64,000 bases of DNA from Nitrospirota bacterium (GTDB lineage Bacteria; Nitrospirota; Leptospirillia; Leptospirillales; Leptospirillaceae). The notes under the pieces were generated by a model. It ran no database searches. It saw only the letters and a list, made by a program, of their open reading frames with translations, and had not been told where the DNA came from. The translations under genes were made by a program, and so were the position numbers. Positions 10,316 to 19,405 of this stretch are shown here, piece after piece (position 1 is the stretch's first letter; each line of letters starts with the position of its first letter). The DNA lies in assembly GCA_035873205.1 (NCBI GenBank), contig JAYWMN010000059.1, positions 1,726-65,725 of the forward strand. The letters run 5' to 3'.

Positions 10316-11020
10316 TCAGTGGGTTGGATTTTCTTTGTCGGATAAATGCTTGCTCAACCAGAGGGCGAGCGATTGAAAAAATGGAAACCCGTACGGAGCC
10401 GACAGTCCGGCTCGGGTTCTGCGTTCGGGATGGGGCATCAGGCCCGCAACATTACCCGCGGAATTGGTGACCCCCGCGATATCATGAACGGAGCCGTTGG
10501 GATTTTTGCTGTAGCGGACAAGAACCTGCCCGCTGCGCTCGATTTCCTGGAGCTGGTCGGGATCGAGGAAAAAGCGTCCCTCCTGATGGGCGATGGGAAG
10601 GGCAATCCGGGATCCGGGAGCAAAAAGACCGGTAAAGGGAGTGTCCGTCCTGTCGACCACGAGTCCTTCTTCCTGACAGAGAAAGGTCCGGGAATTGTTG
10701 GTCAGAAGGACGCCCGGTAGAAGTCCGGCTTCGGAAAGGATCTGGAATCCGTTGCAGATGCCCAGAACCGGTTTCCCCCTTCTGGCATAGTCGGTCACGA
10801 GGTTCATGACCGGAGACTGGGCGGCGATGGACCCTGTTCTTAGATAATCCCCATAGGAAAACCCCCCGGGAAGAATGAGAGCCGAAAGGTCCGGGTCGTT
10901 GTTTTCCCGGTGGGAGACCCAGACCGGGGCGAGGTCGGGGACCAGGGTGAGGGCTTCCCAGGTATCGATGTCACAGTTGGTGCCAGGAAAGCGGATGATG
11001 CCGACACGATAAGATGGCAT
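10316..11020 (-). CDS. purQ: phosphoribosylformylglycinamidine synthase glutaminase subunit I
   Basis: Class I glutamine-amidotransferase motifs GICNGFQIL (nucleophile elbow) and MPHPER. The start was moved to MPSYRVGIIRFPGTNCD (11020). Confidence 0.9.
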   Translation of the reverse strand: MPSYRVGIIRFPGTNCDIDTWEALTLVPDLAPVWVSHRENNDPDLSALILPGGFSYGDYLRTGSIAAQSPVMNLVTDYARRGKPVLGICNGFQILSEAGLLPGVLLTNNSRTFLCQEEGLVVDRTDTPFTGLFAPGSRIALPIAHQEGRFFLDPDQLQEIERSGQVLVRYSKNPNGSVHDIAGVTNSAGNVAGLMPHPERRTRAGLSAPYGFPFFQSLALWLSKHLSDKENPTH

Positions 11021-11668
11021 GGAGGATCCCGGGTCAGTGTGCATTGTCAGTGGCTTCGGTCTTTGACTGTGGCCGGTTCTGGTGAATCGTTGCAATGGCA
11101 TGGCGATTCGGGAATTGAAGCGGTATCATGACGGCCTTTGGTAGTGGTCACACGTCTCCATTTGATACGCTGGCGGTGATCTGTACGGAAATGGCGCCTA
11201 ATTCCCGAAACGCACAATGAACACGGGAATAAAGGAGACGGAGCGGGACAGGCCAAGCCCTCCGGTTCCGATACCCACCTCTTTTTGCCTCAAGGGACAA
11301 ACGGCCGGACAGATCCGACAGACAACCCGGATTCACGGCAGGATCAAAGGATGAGCCCTGAAACTCCCTGACCTTTATGAAGCTGAGCGTTCTTCATTAT
11401 GACAGATGAGCCGGATAAGGTCAAAAACACGGACGCCTCCTCCGCTCCGGCCTCATTCTGCTGCCCCCTTGAGCAAGGATTTAAGCCTCGTGTCCGGTGA
11501 CTGCAATTGACGAGGGCTGACTGGTGATGATAGATTCATGGGTTAATTGGTCAATCAGTCAACAGGATCGCCGGCCCGCCGAGACTGGCGGCATGCCGGG
11601 CCGCCCCGGTCAGGGAGAATGGCCGTGAGAAAGGCGAAAAATGTACGATAATTCTGGGGAAAAAGGGG

Positions 11669-12409
11669 ATGTTCGTGCATGAAGGATCCTCTTCGATGAG
11701 GCGGCCTGATTTACTTCATCCTTTCACGCGTTTCCTTGCCCGGGGGATTTGCCTCGGCCTTTTTTTTCTCCTGCCCCTTTCCGGTGATTTCCGGAGGGCC
11801 TATGGAGCCGATTCTGCCCCTCCGGCTTCCTCCTCCCTTCCATCCGGGAAGGAGGACGGGGTCTCGGAACCCTATGCCTCCGAGACCGGGAAGTTCGGTC
11901 TTTCGATCATGCTACAGTATAATATCCTGCAGACTCCCGCTCCCGTGCGTCTCTTCGAGGACGGGATCGGCGGGAACGGGGAACTGTCCTACGGTCTCTC
12001 CCAGGGGGTCCGGATCCTCGGAGGATTCGGCTATCTTGCGAATACTCCCCATATCGCTCCACCGCTTCATTCCTCGCCGATTTCCGGGGGACCCTCCAAT
12101 CAGTATTTCCAGGCCTATCTGGGAGGGCAGCTGGAACTGACCCGATGGATTCCCCAGATGATCCGCTATCAGCCCTGGTTCCCCTACATCCGGGCCGACA
12201 TGGGAGGGGTCTTTGCAAGCATCAGTGATGCAGGCCCGCAAACCGGCCATCCGGATGGGGTATTGGCCGACACCGGAATTGGAATCGAAGGCCGTCCTCG
12301 CGCCCTTCCAATGGCATTTTTCGGGGAAATTCGTTCACAATGGTTTTTCATGGGCCCCCAAATCATCACTGTTATTCCCGTTCTGGCAGGGACCACCTTT
12401 TATTTCTGA
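11669..12409 (+). CDS. small outer-membrane beta-barrel protein (paralogue 1)
   Basis: It has an N-terminal signal-like segment ICLGLFFLLPLSG, an alternating beta-strand pattern and a C-terminal aromatic residue (...VLAGTTFYF) as in OMP beta-signals. It is clearly paralogous to 20832..21599. Confidence 0.65.
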   Translation: MFVHEGSSSMRRPDLLHPFTRFLARGICLGLFFLLPLSGDFRRAYGADSAPPASSSLPSGKEDGVSEPYASETGKFGLSIMLQYNILQTPAPVRLFEDGIGGNGELSYGLSQGVRILGGFGYLANTPHIAPPLHSSPISGGPSNQYFQAYLGGQLELTRWIPQMIRYQPWFPYIRADMGGVFASISDAGPQTGHPDGVLADTGIGIEGRPRALPMAFFGEIRSQWFFMGPQIITVIPVLAGTTFYF

Positions 12410-12444
12410 GACGGCTTTTCTGGAAGACGGAGATTCAGGAACGC

Positions 12445-13935
12445 ATGGAGAAGACGGACCGATACGGCAGAATCCAACAACTATTTCCGCTTGCGGGGGG
12501 GGCCTTCTGTCTTTTTTTCCTCCGGATGACGGTCATCGTGTTGTGCCTCGCCTTCCTTGTCACTCCGGGAATGGCCCGCGCCAAAGACTCCGGAAGTATC
12601 CGCTTGGCACTCCCGCTCCTCACCCCCTCGAAGGATCACGATATTCAGATACCGAATCACCTTTCCTTGCAGCAGGCGATGGAAATCACCATCGCCCATC
12701 ATCCCCAGTATAACCAGGCGATTCATACGGCTCAGGCCAACCGGGAGGTGATCGGCGAGGCCAAGTCCAACTATCTCCCCCATCTCTCGGCGGGAGCAGG
12801 GTACAATTATGAAACGGGAAACTTCGTGATCTCTCCGGGAATCCCCCAGTCCTTCTACATCAATCTTCCTCCCAACAGCAACAATGCCTACAACTTCTAT
12901 CAGGCTTCCTTCAATCTGACCCAGACCATTTTTACCTTCGGACAGCGCATCACCCAGGTCCGCCAGGCCAAATATGCCTATAAATCATCTCAGGACCAGG
13001 CCCGCTGGACGCTGATCAATCTCCTGTCCGGTGTGGAAACGGCCTACGATACCCTGGCTCAGGATCTTCTCCTTGTCGATGCGGCAAAGAAAACGGAGGA
13101 GGACTACAAGGCCCAGCTCCAGGTGGCACAAGCCGAATTCCAGGTCGGTATGGCAGCGAAATTCGATGTCCTGAATGCCCGGGTCAATCTTTCCAACGCA
13201 AAGCTGAACCTGATCACTGCAAAAAACAACGTCTCCACGGCTCGTGTGGCCCTGAACAATGCGATGGGAATCGAAACCGAGGTCCAGTATCTCGTCGACA
13301 CACCCCTTTCCTATCAGGCATTTTCAGCGGATACGGTAAAGATCATCCAGCAAGCCATGAAAAACCGCCCCGACCTCTCTTCGGCCGTGAACCAGAAACT
13401 GGCCGACCTTCAGAATGAACGCTATTACGAAAGCACCTATATGCCTTCCATCGGAATGACGGGCGGATATACCTACGCCAGCATGTTTTTTCCCCTGACT
13501 TACAACTGGTCCGCCGGGGCGACCATTTCCGTTCCCATTTTTTCGGGCTTTCTCACCGTCCATCAGGAGCGCCAGGCCCAAAAAACGACATTGGCCGCGC
13601 GGGATGCCGAAGAAAATCTTCGGGTCAACATCCGGGCGGCGATTCAGCAGGATATTTTCAACCTCAACACGGCGATGGAACGAATTGAGACGACCCAGGA
13701 CCTCCTGCGCCAGGCGAAGGAAAGTCTTCGCCTGGCATCGGGTCAATATCAGGTCGGTGTCGGAAGCGCTGTCGCGCTGACTCAGGCCGAGGCCGACCTT
13801 GCGGCTGCCAGGGCCCAGGTGGTGCAGGCAGTCTATGGGTATAAAATTGCCCGGGCAACCTTGATCAGGGATGCAGGGATGGATCCCTTGCTCGAAGTCA
13901 AGAGGCGCAGCAACAGAAAGGAGCTTGGAAAGTGA
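12445..13935 (+). CDS. TolC-family outer-membrane efflux protein (paralogue 1)
   Basis: Two OEP repeats (e.g. FDVLNARVNLSNAKLNLITAKNN; AVALTQAEADLAAARAQVVQAVYGY). The start was trimmed to MEKTDRY... at 12445, which is followed by the signal-like FCLFFLRMTVIVLCLAFLVTPGMARA. Confidence 0.88.
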   Translation: MEKTDRYGRIQQLFPLAGGAFCLFFLRMTVIVLCLAFLVTPGMARAKDSGSIRLALPLLTPSKDHDIQIPNHLSLQQAMEITIAHHPQYNQAIHTAQANREVIGEAKSNYLPHLSAGAGYNYETGNFVISPGIPQSFYINLPPNSNNAYNFYQASFNLTQTIFTFGQRITQVRQAKYAYKSSQDQARWTLINLLSGVETAYDTLAQDLLLVDAAKKTEEDYKAQLQVAQAEFQVGMAAKFDVLNARVNLSNAKLNLITAKNNVSTARVALNNAMGIETEVQYLVDTPLSYQAFSADTVKIIQQAMKNRPDLSSAVNQKLADLQNERYYESTYMPSIGMTGGYTYASMFFPLTYNWSAGATISVPIFSGFLTVHQERQAQKTTLAARDAEENLRVNIRAAIQQDIFNLNTAMERIETTQDLLRQAKESLRLASGQYQVGVGSAVALTQAEADLAAARAQVVQAVYGYKIARATLIRDAGMDPLLEVKRRSNRKELGK

Positions 13936-15035
13936 ATCGACGAGGGACCCGGTTAGCCGTGATAGCGGGAGCTGTTGTTCTGCTGGTGATCGTCGCTGTG
14001 CGCTTTGTGCATCGTCCAGTCAGGACCACAGGATTGCACGGAAAAATTTCCGCATCCCAGGTGGTCGGGGTGATGCCCCTCCACCGGGGAGACATCTCGG
14101 AGGTCATCACCCTGACCGCCGATATCCAGCCCATCAATCAGGCGGCCATCTATTCCCAGGTGAGCGGATATCTCGACGAGATCAACGTTCGTCGGGGATA
14201 TCACGTCAAGAAAGGGCAGGTATTGGCTCATATCAACGATACGACTCTTCTTGCCCAGTTTCACCAGGCCGAAGCCAATCGGGATTATGTCTGTCTTAAT
14301 GCCAGGCGATACAAGACCCTTCTGGCGAAGAATCTTGTTTCGAAGGATGCCTACGACCTGGCCGATTCGCAATGCCGACAGGCGCAGGCGTCGGTCGACT
14401 ATTCAAAAAAGATGCTCTCCTATGCCAATATTGTGGCTCCTTTCAACGGATACATCTTCAACAGGATGGTCGATCCGGGAGCGACTATTCCTGCAACTAC
14501 CGCCGCCTTGTCTGCCAATTCGAACCCTCTCTTTACCGTGGTCGACACCCACATCGTCAAGATCGTCGTCAACATTCCGGAACGGGATATCCGCTACATT
14601 CAGGTCGGGCTTCCGATCAACGTCATGGTCGATGCCTACCCGGGGGAGGTCTTTCCCGGCAAGGTCACGCGCATGAATCCCTCCCTCGATACCCAGACAA
14701 GAACCCTTGCGATCGAAATCGACATGCCGAACCCGAAAGAAATTTTAAAACCGGGGATGTTCGCGAAGGTGACCTTGCATCTGGACACCCATCGGGATGT
14801 TCCCCTTGTTCCGAAACGGGCATTCATTACCCGGCAGAAAAAAACCTATCTCTATGTCGTCGACAGCGGAATTGCCCGCAAACGGCTTGTGACGATCGGA
14901 ATCATCGGGCGCAGACATGCAGAAATAACCTCCGGTCTCTCCCCGGGCGATCAGGTCGTCGTTGCGGGCCAGGAGCATCTTGAAGACGGCGACCATGTTC
15001 AGACAACGTTGTTGAACGGTCCGGACTCGAAGTGA
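13932..15035 (+). CDS. RND efflux periplasmic adaptor (membrane fusion protein, HlyD family)
   Basis: 367 aa with an N-terminal TM anchor, a lipoyl/hairpin pattern (VSGYLDEINVRRGYHVKKGQVLAHI ... IVAPFNGYI) and a beta-barrel C-terminal part. The GTG start overlaps the TolC stop (GTGA). Confidence 0.88.
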   Translation: MNRRGTRLAVIAGAVVLLVIVAVRFVHRPVRTTGLHGKISASQVVGVMPLHRGDISEVITLTADIQPINQAAIYSQVSGYLDEINVRRGYHVKKGQVLAHINDTTLLAQFHQAEANRDYVCLNARRYKTLLAKNLVSKDAYDLADSQCRQAQASVDYSKKMLSYANIVAPFNGYIFNRMVDPGATIPATTAALSANSNPLFTVVDTHIVKIVVNIPERDIRYIQVGLPINVMVDAYPGEVFPGKVTRMNPSLDTQTRTLAIEIDMPNPKEILKPGMFAKVTLHLDTHRDVPLVPKRAFITRQKKTYLYVVDSGIARKRLVTIGIIGRRHAEITSGLSPGDQVVVAGQEHLEDGDHVQTTLLNGPDSK

Positions 15036-15067
15036 TTGGACCTTTTTAGGGAAAGGCCCCCCCTTCG

Positions 15068-18000
15068 ATGTGGTTGACCCGACTTGCGCTAAAAAATCCC
15101 ATCGCGATCTTCATGACCTCCTTGCTCCTGTTGATGATGGGATCGCAATCGATCAGCCGGCTTCCGATCGATCTGTTCCCCAATCTGGCCGTTCCGGTGC
15201 TCATCGTGGGGACGCTCTATCCGGGAGCCTCCCCCATCGATGTCGAGCGAAGCGTCACTTATCCCCTCGAAAAAACATTGGCAACGATCGATGACGTCAG
15301 CCATATTCAGTCCCAGTCCCGCATGGGGGTTTCCTCCATTCAAGTTTGGTTCAACTGGGGAAAGGACCTCAACGGCGGACTTGTCCAGGCCGTCCAGAAA
15401 ATTTCCCAGATCCAGAACCAGCTTCCTCCGGGAATACAGCAGCCCTTCATTCTGAAGTTCGATATTGCCAATATTCCAGTCGTATCCCTGACCGTTTCCG
15501 ACCCGGAGATGAACCAGATCCAGTTGTACGATCTGGCCTACAATACGATCGAGCCCCAGCTGGAACAGCTTCCCAATATCTCCCAGGCCACGGTCAACGG
15601 AGGCAAGGTCCGGCAGATCAATATCAATGTCAACCCGAGAGAGCTGCTTGCCCGCAACATCTCCATGATCTCCGTGGTGACCGCCATCAATCAGGCGAAC
15701 CTGATCCTTCCTTCCGGCGACATCAAGGTGGGGAGAAAGGACTACAACCTTTTTACCAACAACCAGATCACCCACGACCTTGTCGATGTTCTCCGGAATA
15801 TTCCGGTGACGACCCAGGCGATGGCGGATGGCCGGACCGTTCCGGTTTTTGTCAAGGATTTTGCGAAAGTCAGCGATTCGGCGGAAACCCAGACCAACCT
15901 TGTTCGGGTAAACGGGGAAAATGCCGTCTACCTGGCGGTCAACAAGCAACCGGGTTCCAATACGGTCAAGGTGGTCGATTCGATCCGCAATGCCATTCCT
16001 CACCTGAGGGGAATTCCGCAGGGGGTTCACCTCGACACCTTTTTCGACCAGTCGACCTACATCCGCCAATCGATCAAGGGCCTCTACCATGAGTCGGTCC
16101 AGGGAGCCATTCTTGCCGTCATCGTCATCCTCCTTTTTCTGGCAAGCCTGAGAGCGACCTTCATCATCGGGGTAGCCATTCCGCTTTCGGCTCTGGTGGC
16201 CCTGATCTTTTTGTACTTCACCCACGAAACACTCAATATCTTTACCTTCGGAGGTCTGGCACTGGGCATCGGCCGGCTCGTGGACGATTCCATCGTCGAG
16301 CTGGAGAACATCTACCGGCATTTTTCGATCAATGAGGAAACCCGGCCCGTCGCCCTTCTGACAGCGGCCCGGGAGGTCGCCATGCCAATCCTCGCGTCTA
16401 CGATCACGACCGTGATCGTCTTTCTCCCGATCCTCTTCATGGAGGGAATTGGCCGGTTGCTTTTTACCCCGATGGCCCTGACTATCACCTTCGCCCTGTT
16501 TGCCTCGTTCTTCGTTTCGAGAACGGTGACCCCGCTTCTGTGCTACCGTTTTCTCAGGGTGGAAGGGGGGACAGAACGGAAAGAGAATTTTCTGCTCCGG
16601 ATGTTCCGACGGACAGAAGTCTTCTACGAACGGATTCTTTCTTATTCCCTTCACCACAGGAAAAAAGTTTATATTCTTATTTCCGTTCTCTTTTTTCTTT
16701 CCCTTCCCCTTGTGAAGGGGATCGGTACAGAATTTTTCCCCGCTCCCGATGAAAGCCAGTTCACAGTCAATCTCCAGGAAGCCCCCGGGACAAGGATCGA
16801 GGTGACGACTGAAACCGCCAGGGAGATTGAAAATCTGATCAGGCAGGTTCTTCCGGCCAGCGAAATCCGGTTGATCGCGTCCAATGTTGGTCTCAGGAGC
16901 TCCGCGGGACGCGGGACAAATGGAGCGGCTTCCGTTTTTACGAACAACACGGGACCCGACACGGGGTTTGTCCAGGTGAATCTCGTCGATCCGGACAAAC
17001 GTTCCGAAACATCGGACCAGGCGATGGAGCGGGTCCGCCGGGCTGTTGCCGGAAAGTTTCCCGGAGTCGGACTCTACTTCATGCCCGGAGGGCTGATAGA
17101 GAGAATCATCAATTTTGGCTATCAGGGGATCATCAATCTCGAAATCTATGGATACGATCTGAAGACCGGGGAGGATTTTGCCTACCGAATATCGAGAGGG
17201 ATGGCGAAAATTCCGGGAATCGGGGACATACAGGTTCTCCCAAATGACTTTCACTATCCCAACTACAATGTCAAGATTGACAGGGTCAAGGCCCGTATGG
17301 TCGGACTTTCCGTCTCGGATATCGCGTCGACGGTCTTGTGGAGCTTTGTCGGAAATGAAAACAACCCGTCGGTCTATACCGATCCCGAAACAGGAAACGA
17401 ATACAACATCATTGTCCAGTTCGACGAGCCGTTTCGCCATTCACTCGAAGATCTGAAAAATGTTTTCCTGACCAACCAGAACGGAAATCCGATTCTTCTC
17501 AGAAATATCGCTACCATCGAAAAGGGAACATCGCCGAACGAGGTCGACCGGAAGTACATGACCCGACTGATCACCATAACGGCCAATCCGGTGGGAAGGC
17601 CTCTGGGGGATATTGCCAGGGATCTGAAATCCCTGATCCAGAAAACGGCGGTTCCAAAAGGGTTTTCGATCAATCTTGCCGGTCAGATTGCCGAACAGAA
17701 GGGAACCTTCCTCTCCCTGTTTCTGGCCTTGCTGTCCTCCCTTTTTCTTGTCTATATGGTGCTATCCATCCAGTTTCGCTCCCTGTGGGATCCGGTCATC
17801 ATCATGTTTACCGTCCCTCTGGGTCTGATCGGCGTTATCTGGATGTTTTTTCTGACGGGAACCAGCTTCTCTTCCATCGCGTTCATGGGAGTGATCGTGA
17901 CCGGGGGCATCGCTGTCAGCAACGGAGTCCTGCTTGTGGATTACACCAACAAACTGGTGCGTGACCGGGGAATGTCGCTTGAAGAGGCAGTGGTGTTGGG

Positions 18001-18277
18001 GGGCAAGACCCGGTTAAGACCGGTTCTCATGACATCGATCGCAACGGTGACCGGACTCCTTCCCATGGCGATCGGTCTCGAAGTCGGGAGTTCGAACAGT
18101 ATTCCGCTGGGCCGGGCGGTCATCGGGGGGCTCTCCTTTGCCACCGTCTTCACCCTGGTCCTGATCCCGCTTCTCTACTACACTCTGCACCACTGGAGAG
18201 AAGGAAAGACCCGCCGGGGCGTCCCTTTTCCCTCCCCCGGAGAGTGGGAGGAGGTCCGGACAGACCCACCCCGGTGA
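15068..18277 (+). CDS. RND efflux transporter permease (AcrB/AcrD/AcrF family)
   Basis: 1069 aa with 12-TM RND architecture. It has the conserved TM4 region GGLALGIGRLVDDSIVELENI and a second-half counterpart. Confidence 0.93.
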   Translation: MWLTRLALKNPIAIFMTSLLLLMMGSQSISRLPIDLFPNLAVPVLIVGTLYPGASPIDVERSVTYPLEKTLATIDDVSHIQSQSRMGVSSIQVWFNWGKDLNGGLVQAVQKISQIQNQLPPGIQQPFILKFDIANIPVVSLTVSDPEMNQIQLYDLAYNTIEPQLEQLPNISQATVNGGKVRQININVNPRELLARNISMISVVTAINQANLILPSGDIKVGRKDYNLFTNNQITHDLVDVLRNIPVTTQAMADGRTVPVFVKDFAKVSDSAETQTNLVRVNGENAVYLAVNKQPGSNTVKVVDSIRNAIPHLRGIPQGVHLDTFFDQSTYIRQSIKGLYHESVQGAILAVIVILLFLASLRATFIIGVAIPLSALVALIFLYFTHETLNIFTFGGLALGIGRLVDDSIVELENIYRHFSINEETRPVALLTAAREVAMPILASTITTVIVFLPILFMEGIGRLLFTPMALTITFALFASFFVSRTVTPLLCYRFLRVEGGTERKENFLLRMFRRTEVFYERILSYSLHHRKKVYILISVLFFLSLPLVKGIGTEFFPAPDESQFTVNLQEAPGTRIEVTTETAREIENLIRQVLPASEIRLIASNVGLRSSAGRGTNGAASVFTNNTGPDTGFVQVNLVDPDKRSETSDQAMERVRRAVAGKFPGVGLYFMPGGLIERIINFGYQGIINLEIYGYDLKTGEDFAYRISRGMAKIPGIGDIQVLPNDFHYPNYNVKIDRVKARMVGLSVSDIASTVLWSFVGNENNPSVYTDPETGNEYNIIVQFDEPFRHSLEDLKNVFLTNQNGNPILLRNIATIEKGTSPNEVDRKYMTRLITITANPVGRPLGDIARDLKSLIQKTAVPKGFSINLAGQIAEQKGTFLSLFLALLSSLFLVYMVLSIQFRSLWDPVIIMFTVPLGLIGVIWMFFLTGTSFSSIAFMGVIVTGGIAVSNGVLLVDYTNKLVRDRGMSLEEAVVLGGKTRLRPVLMTSIATVTGLLPMAIGLEVGSSNSIPLGRAVIGGLSFATVFTLVLIPLLYYTLHHWREGKTRRGVPFPSPGEWEEVRTDPPR

Positions 18278-18297
18278 AGAAGGGAGGGGATCCCGAC

Positions 18298-19236
18298 CTA
18301 CTTCTTTTCAGTGGTCCAGTCGTCTGTCCATCCTGATCCCAGGATCTGAAGGGCGACATGGATCACCGACAGGGTGTGGGCGTTCTCCGTATCCCGACCA
18401 TAGGCGCAGAGGGAGCAGGGGTAGGAGACTTCGTTGAGGGACATTCCCAGAAGTTCTCCGCTTTCTATTTCCGACTTGAAGAGGCTTGCCGGGAAAATCC
18501 CCACGCCAAATCCCGAGAGCAAGGCTTTCCGGATAAAATCGACATCGGATGTTTCGATTCCCGGTTTGGTGTTGAGCTTCAGGGAGGCGATTTTCTGGTC
18601 CAGTTCCGTTCTCAAAAGTGTTGTTTTCGGAGGGAGAAGCAGGGGAAAGGATTCCAGAAGATGGAGGCTCCGTTGCCATTTGTCTTTGGGAAGGCCAGGG
18701 GAACCCAGAACGAGCGTGTTTGTTTTTTCCACCACAATTTCCTGAATCCCGGGAATATGGGAGAACGGGTGAGGGGTCTTGTCCAGCCGGTAAAACATGA
18801 CGATATCCACAAGGTTCTTTTCAAGTTCCTCGATGAGGAGGTGTTCCCCCGCCTGAAAGGCCTTGGTCGGAACGCGTTTCTGGAAGGTCCCGTGAAGATA
18901 GTGTTGCAGGTACTTTTCCCTGTCCGGACGAACCCCGAACCCTGTTCCAAGGCGCAGTGTATCGGTTTTGGAGAGCGGGCTGAAGGAATGAATCAGTGTC
19001 TGCGACCTGTCCACCCGTGATATGATTTCAAGCGCAAGCTCTCGAAAAAGGAATCCTGCCTGACTCAGATAGACGCGGCGTCCGAGCCGGTTGAAAAGGC
19101 TGATACCCAGTTCTTTCTCGAGGAGCTGGATTTGCGTGCTGACTGCAGGTTGCGTGACGGACAGGCTTTTTGACGCCTTGGTAAAATTCAGGGATTCGCT
19201 TACTACAAGAAAAGTATGGATCTGGGACAGAGTCAT
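18298..19236 (-). CDS. LysR-family transcriptional regulator
   Basis: N-terminal HTH MTLSQIHTFLVVSESLNFTKASKSLSVTQPAVSTQIQLLEKELG followed by a LysR substrate-binding domain. The start was trimmed to 19236. Confidence 0.88.
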   Translation of the reverse strand: MTLSQIHTFLVVSESLNFTKASKSLSVTQPAVSTQIQLLEKELGISLFNRLGRRVYLSQAGFLFRELALEIISRVDRSQTLIHSFSPLSKTDTLRLGTGFGVRPDREKYLQHYLHGTFQKRVPTKAFQAGEHLLIEELEKNLVDIVMFYRLDKTPHPFSHIPGIQEIVVEKTNTLVLGSPGLPKDKWQRSLHLLESFPLLLPPKTTLLRTELDQKIASLKLNTKPGIETSDVDFIRKALLSGFGVGIFPASLFKSEIESGELLGMSLNEVSYPCSLCAYGRDTENAHTLSVIHVALQILGSGWTDDWTTEKK

Positions 19237-19405
19237 GAAGCATCCTTCCAAAGATTGCCGACATCGATGGGTGTCGAGACTGGGATTTCTGGTGAGATAA
19301 CAAAAAAACATTTTCTTGAGTATAAGTTTTTTATGGATCAGAATTCAATATCAATTTTTTTTTAATAAATACCTTTTTTTGATCAAGCCTATTACTGGAG
19401 AGACT

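Noticed and set aside
11270-11340. Possible ZTP (pfl) riboswitch upstream of purQ on the minus strand
   Set aside because: The segments GGGTTGTCTGTCGG and GGTGGGTATCGGAACCGGAGGG only loosely recall the ZTP core. The conserved CCGCCTGGGC pseudoknot element is missing. The site is about 280 nt from the purQ start, too far for a normal expression platform. It needs cmscan before any claim.
15089-17440. 783-aa minus-strand ORF, the longest unexplained ORF in the window
   Set aside because: It is entirely antisense to the RND permease gene, whose identity is unambiguous. It is a low-complexity Asp/Arg/Gly-rich translation. Long stop-free antisense frames are expected at this GC content.
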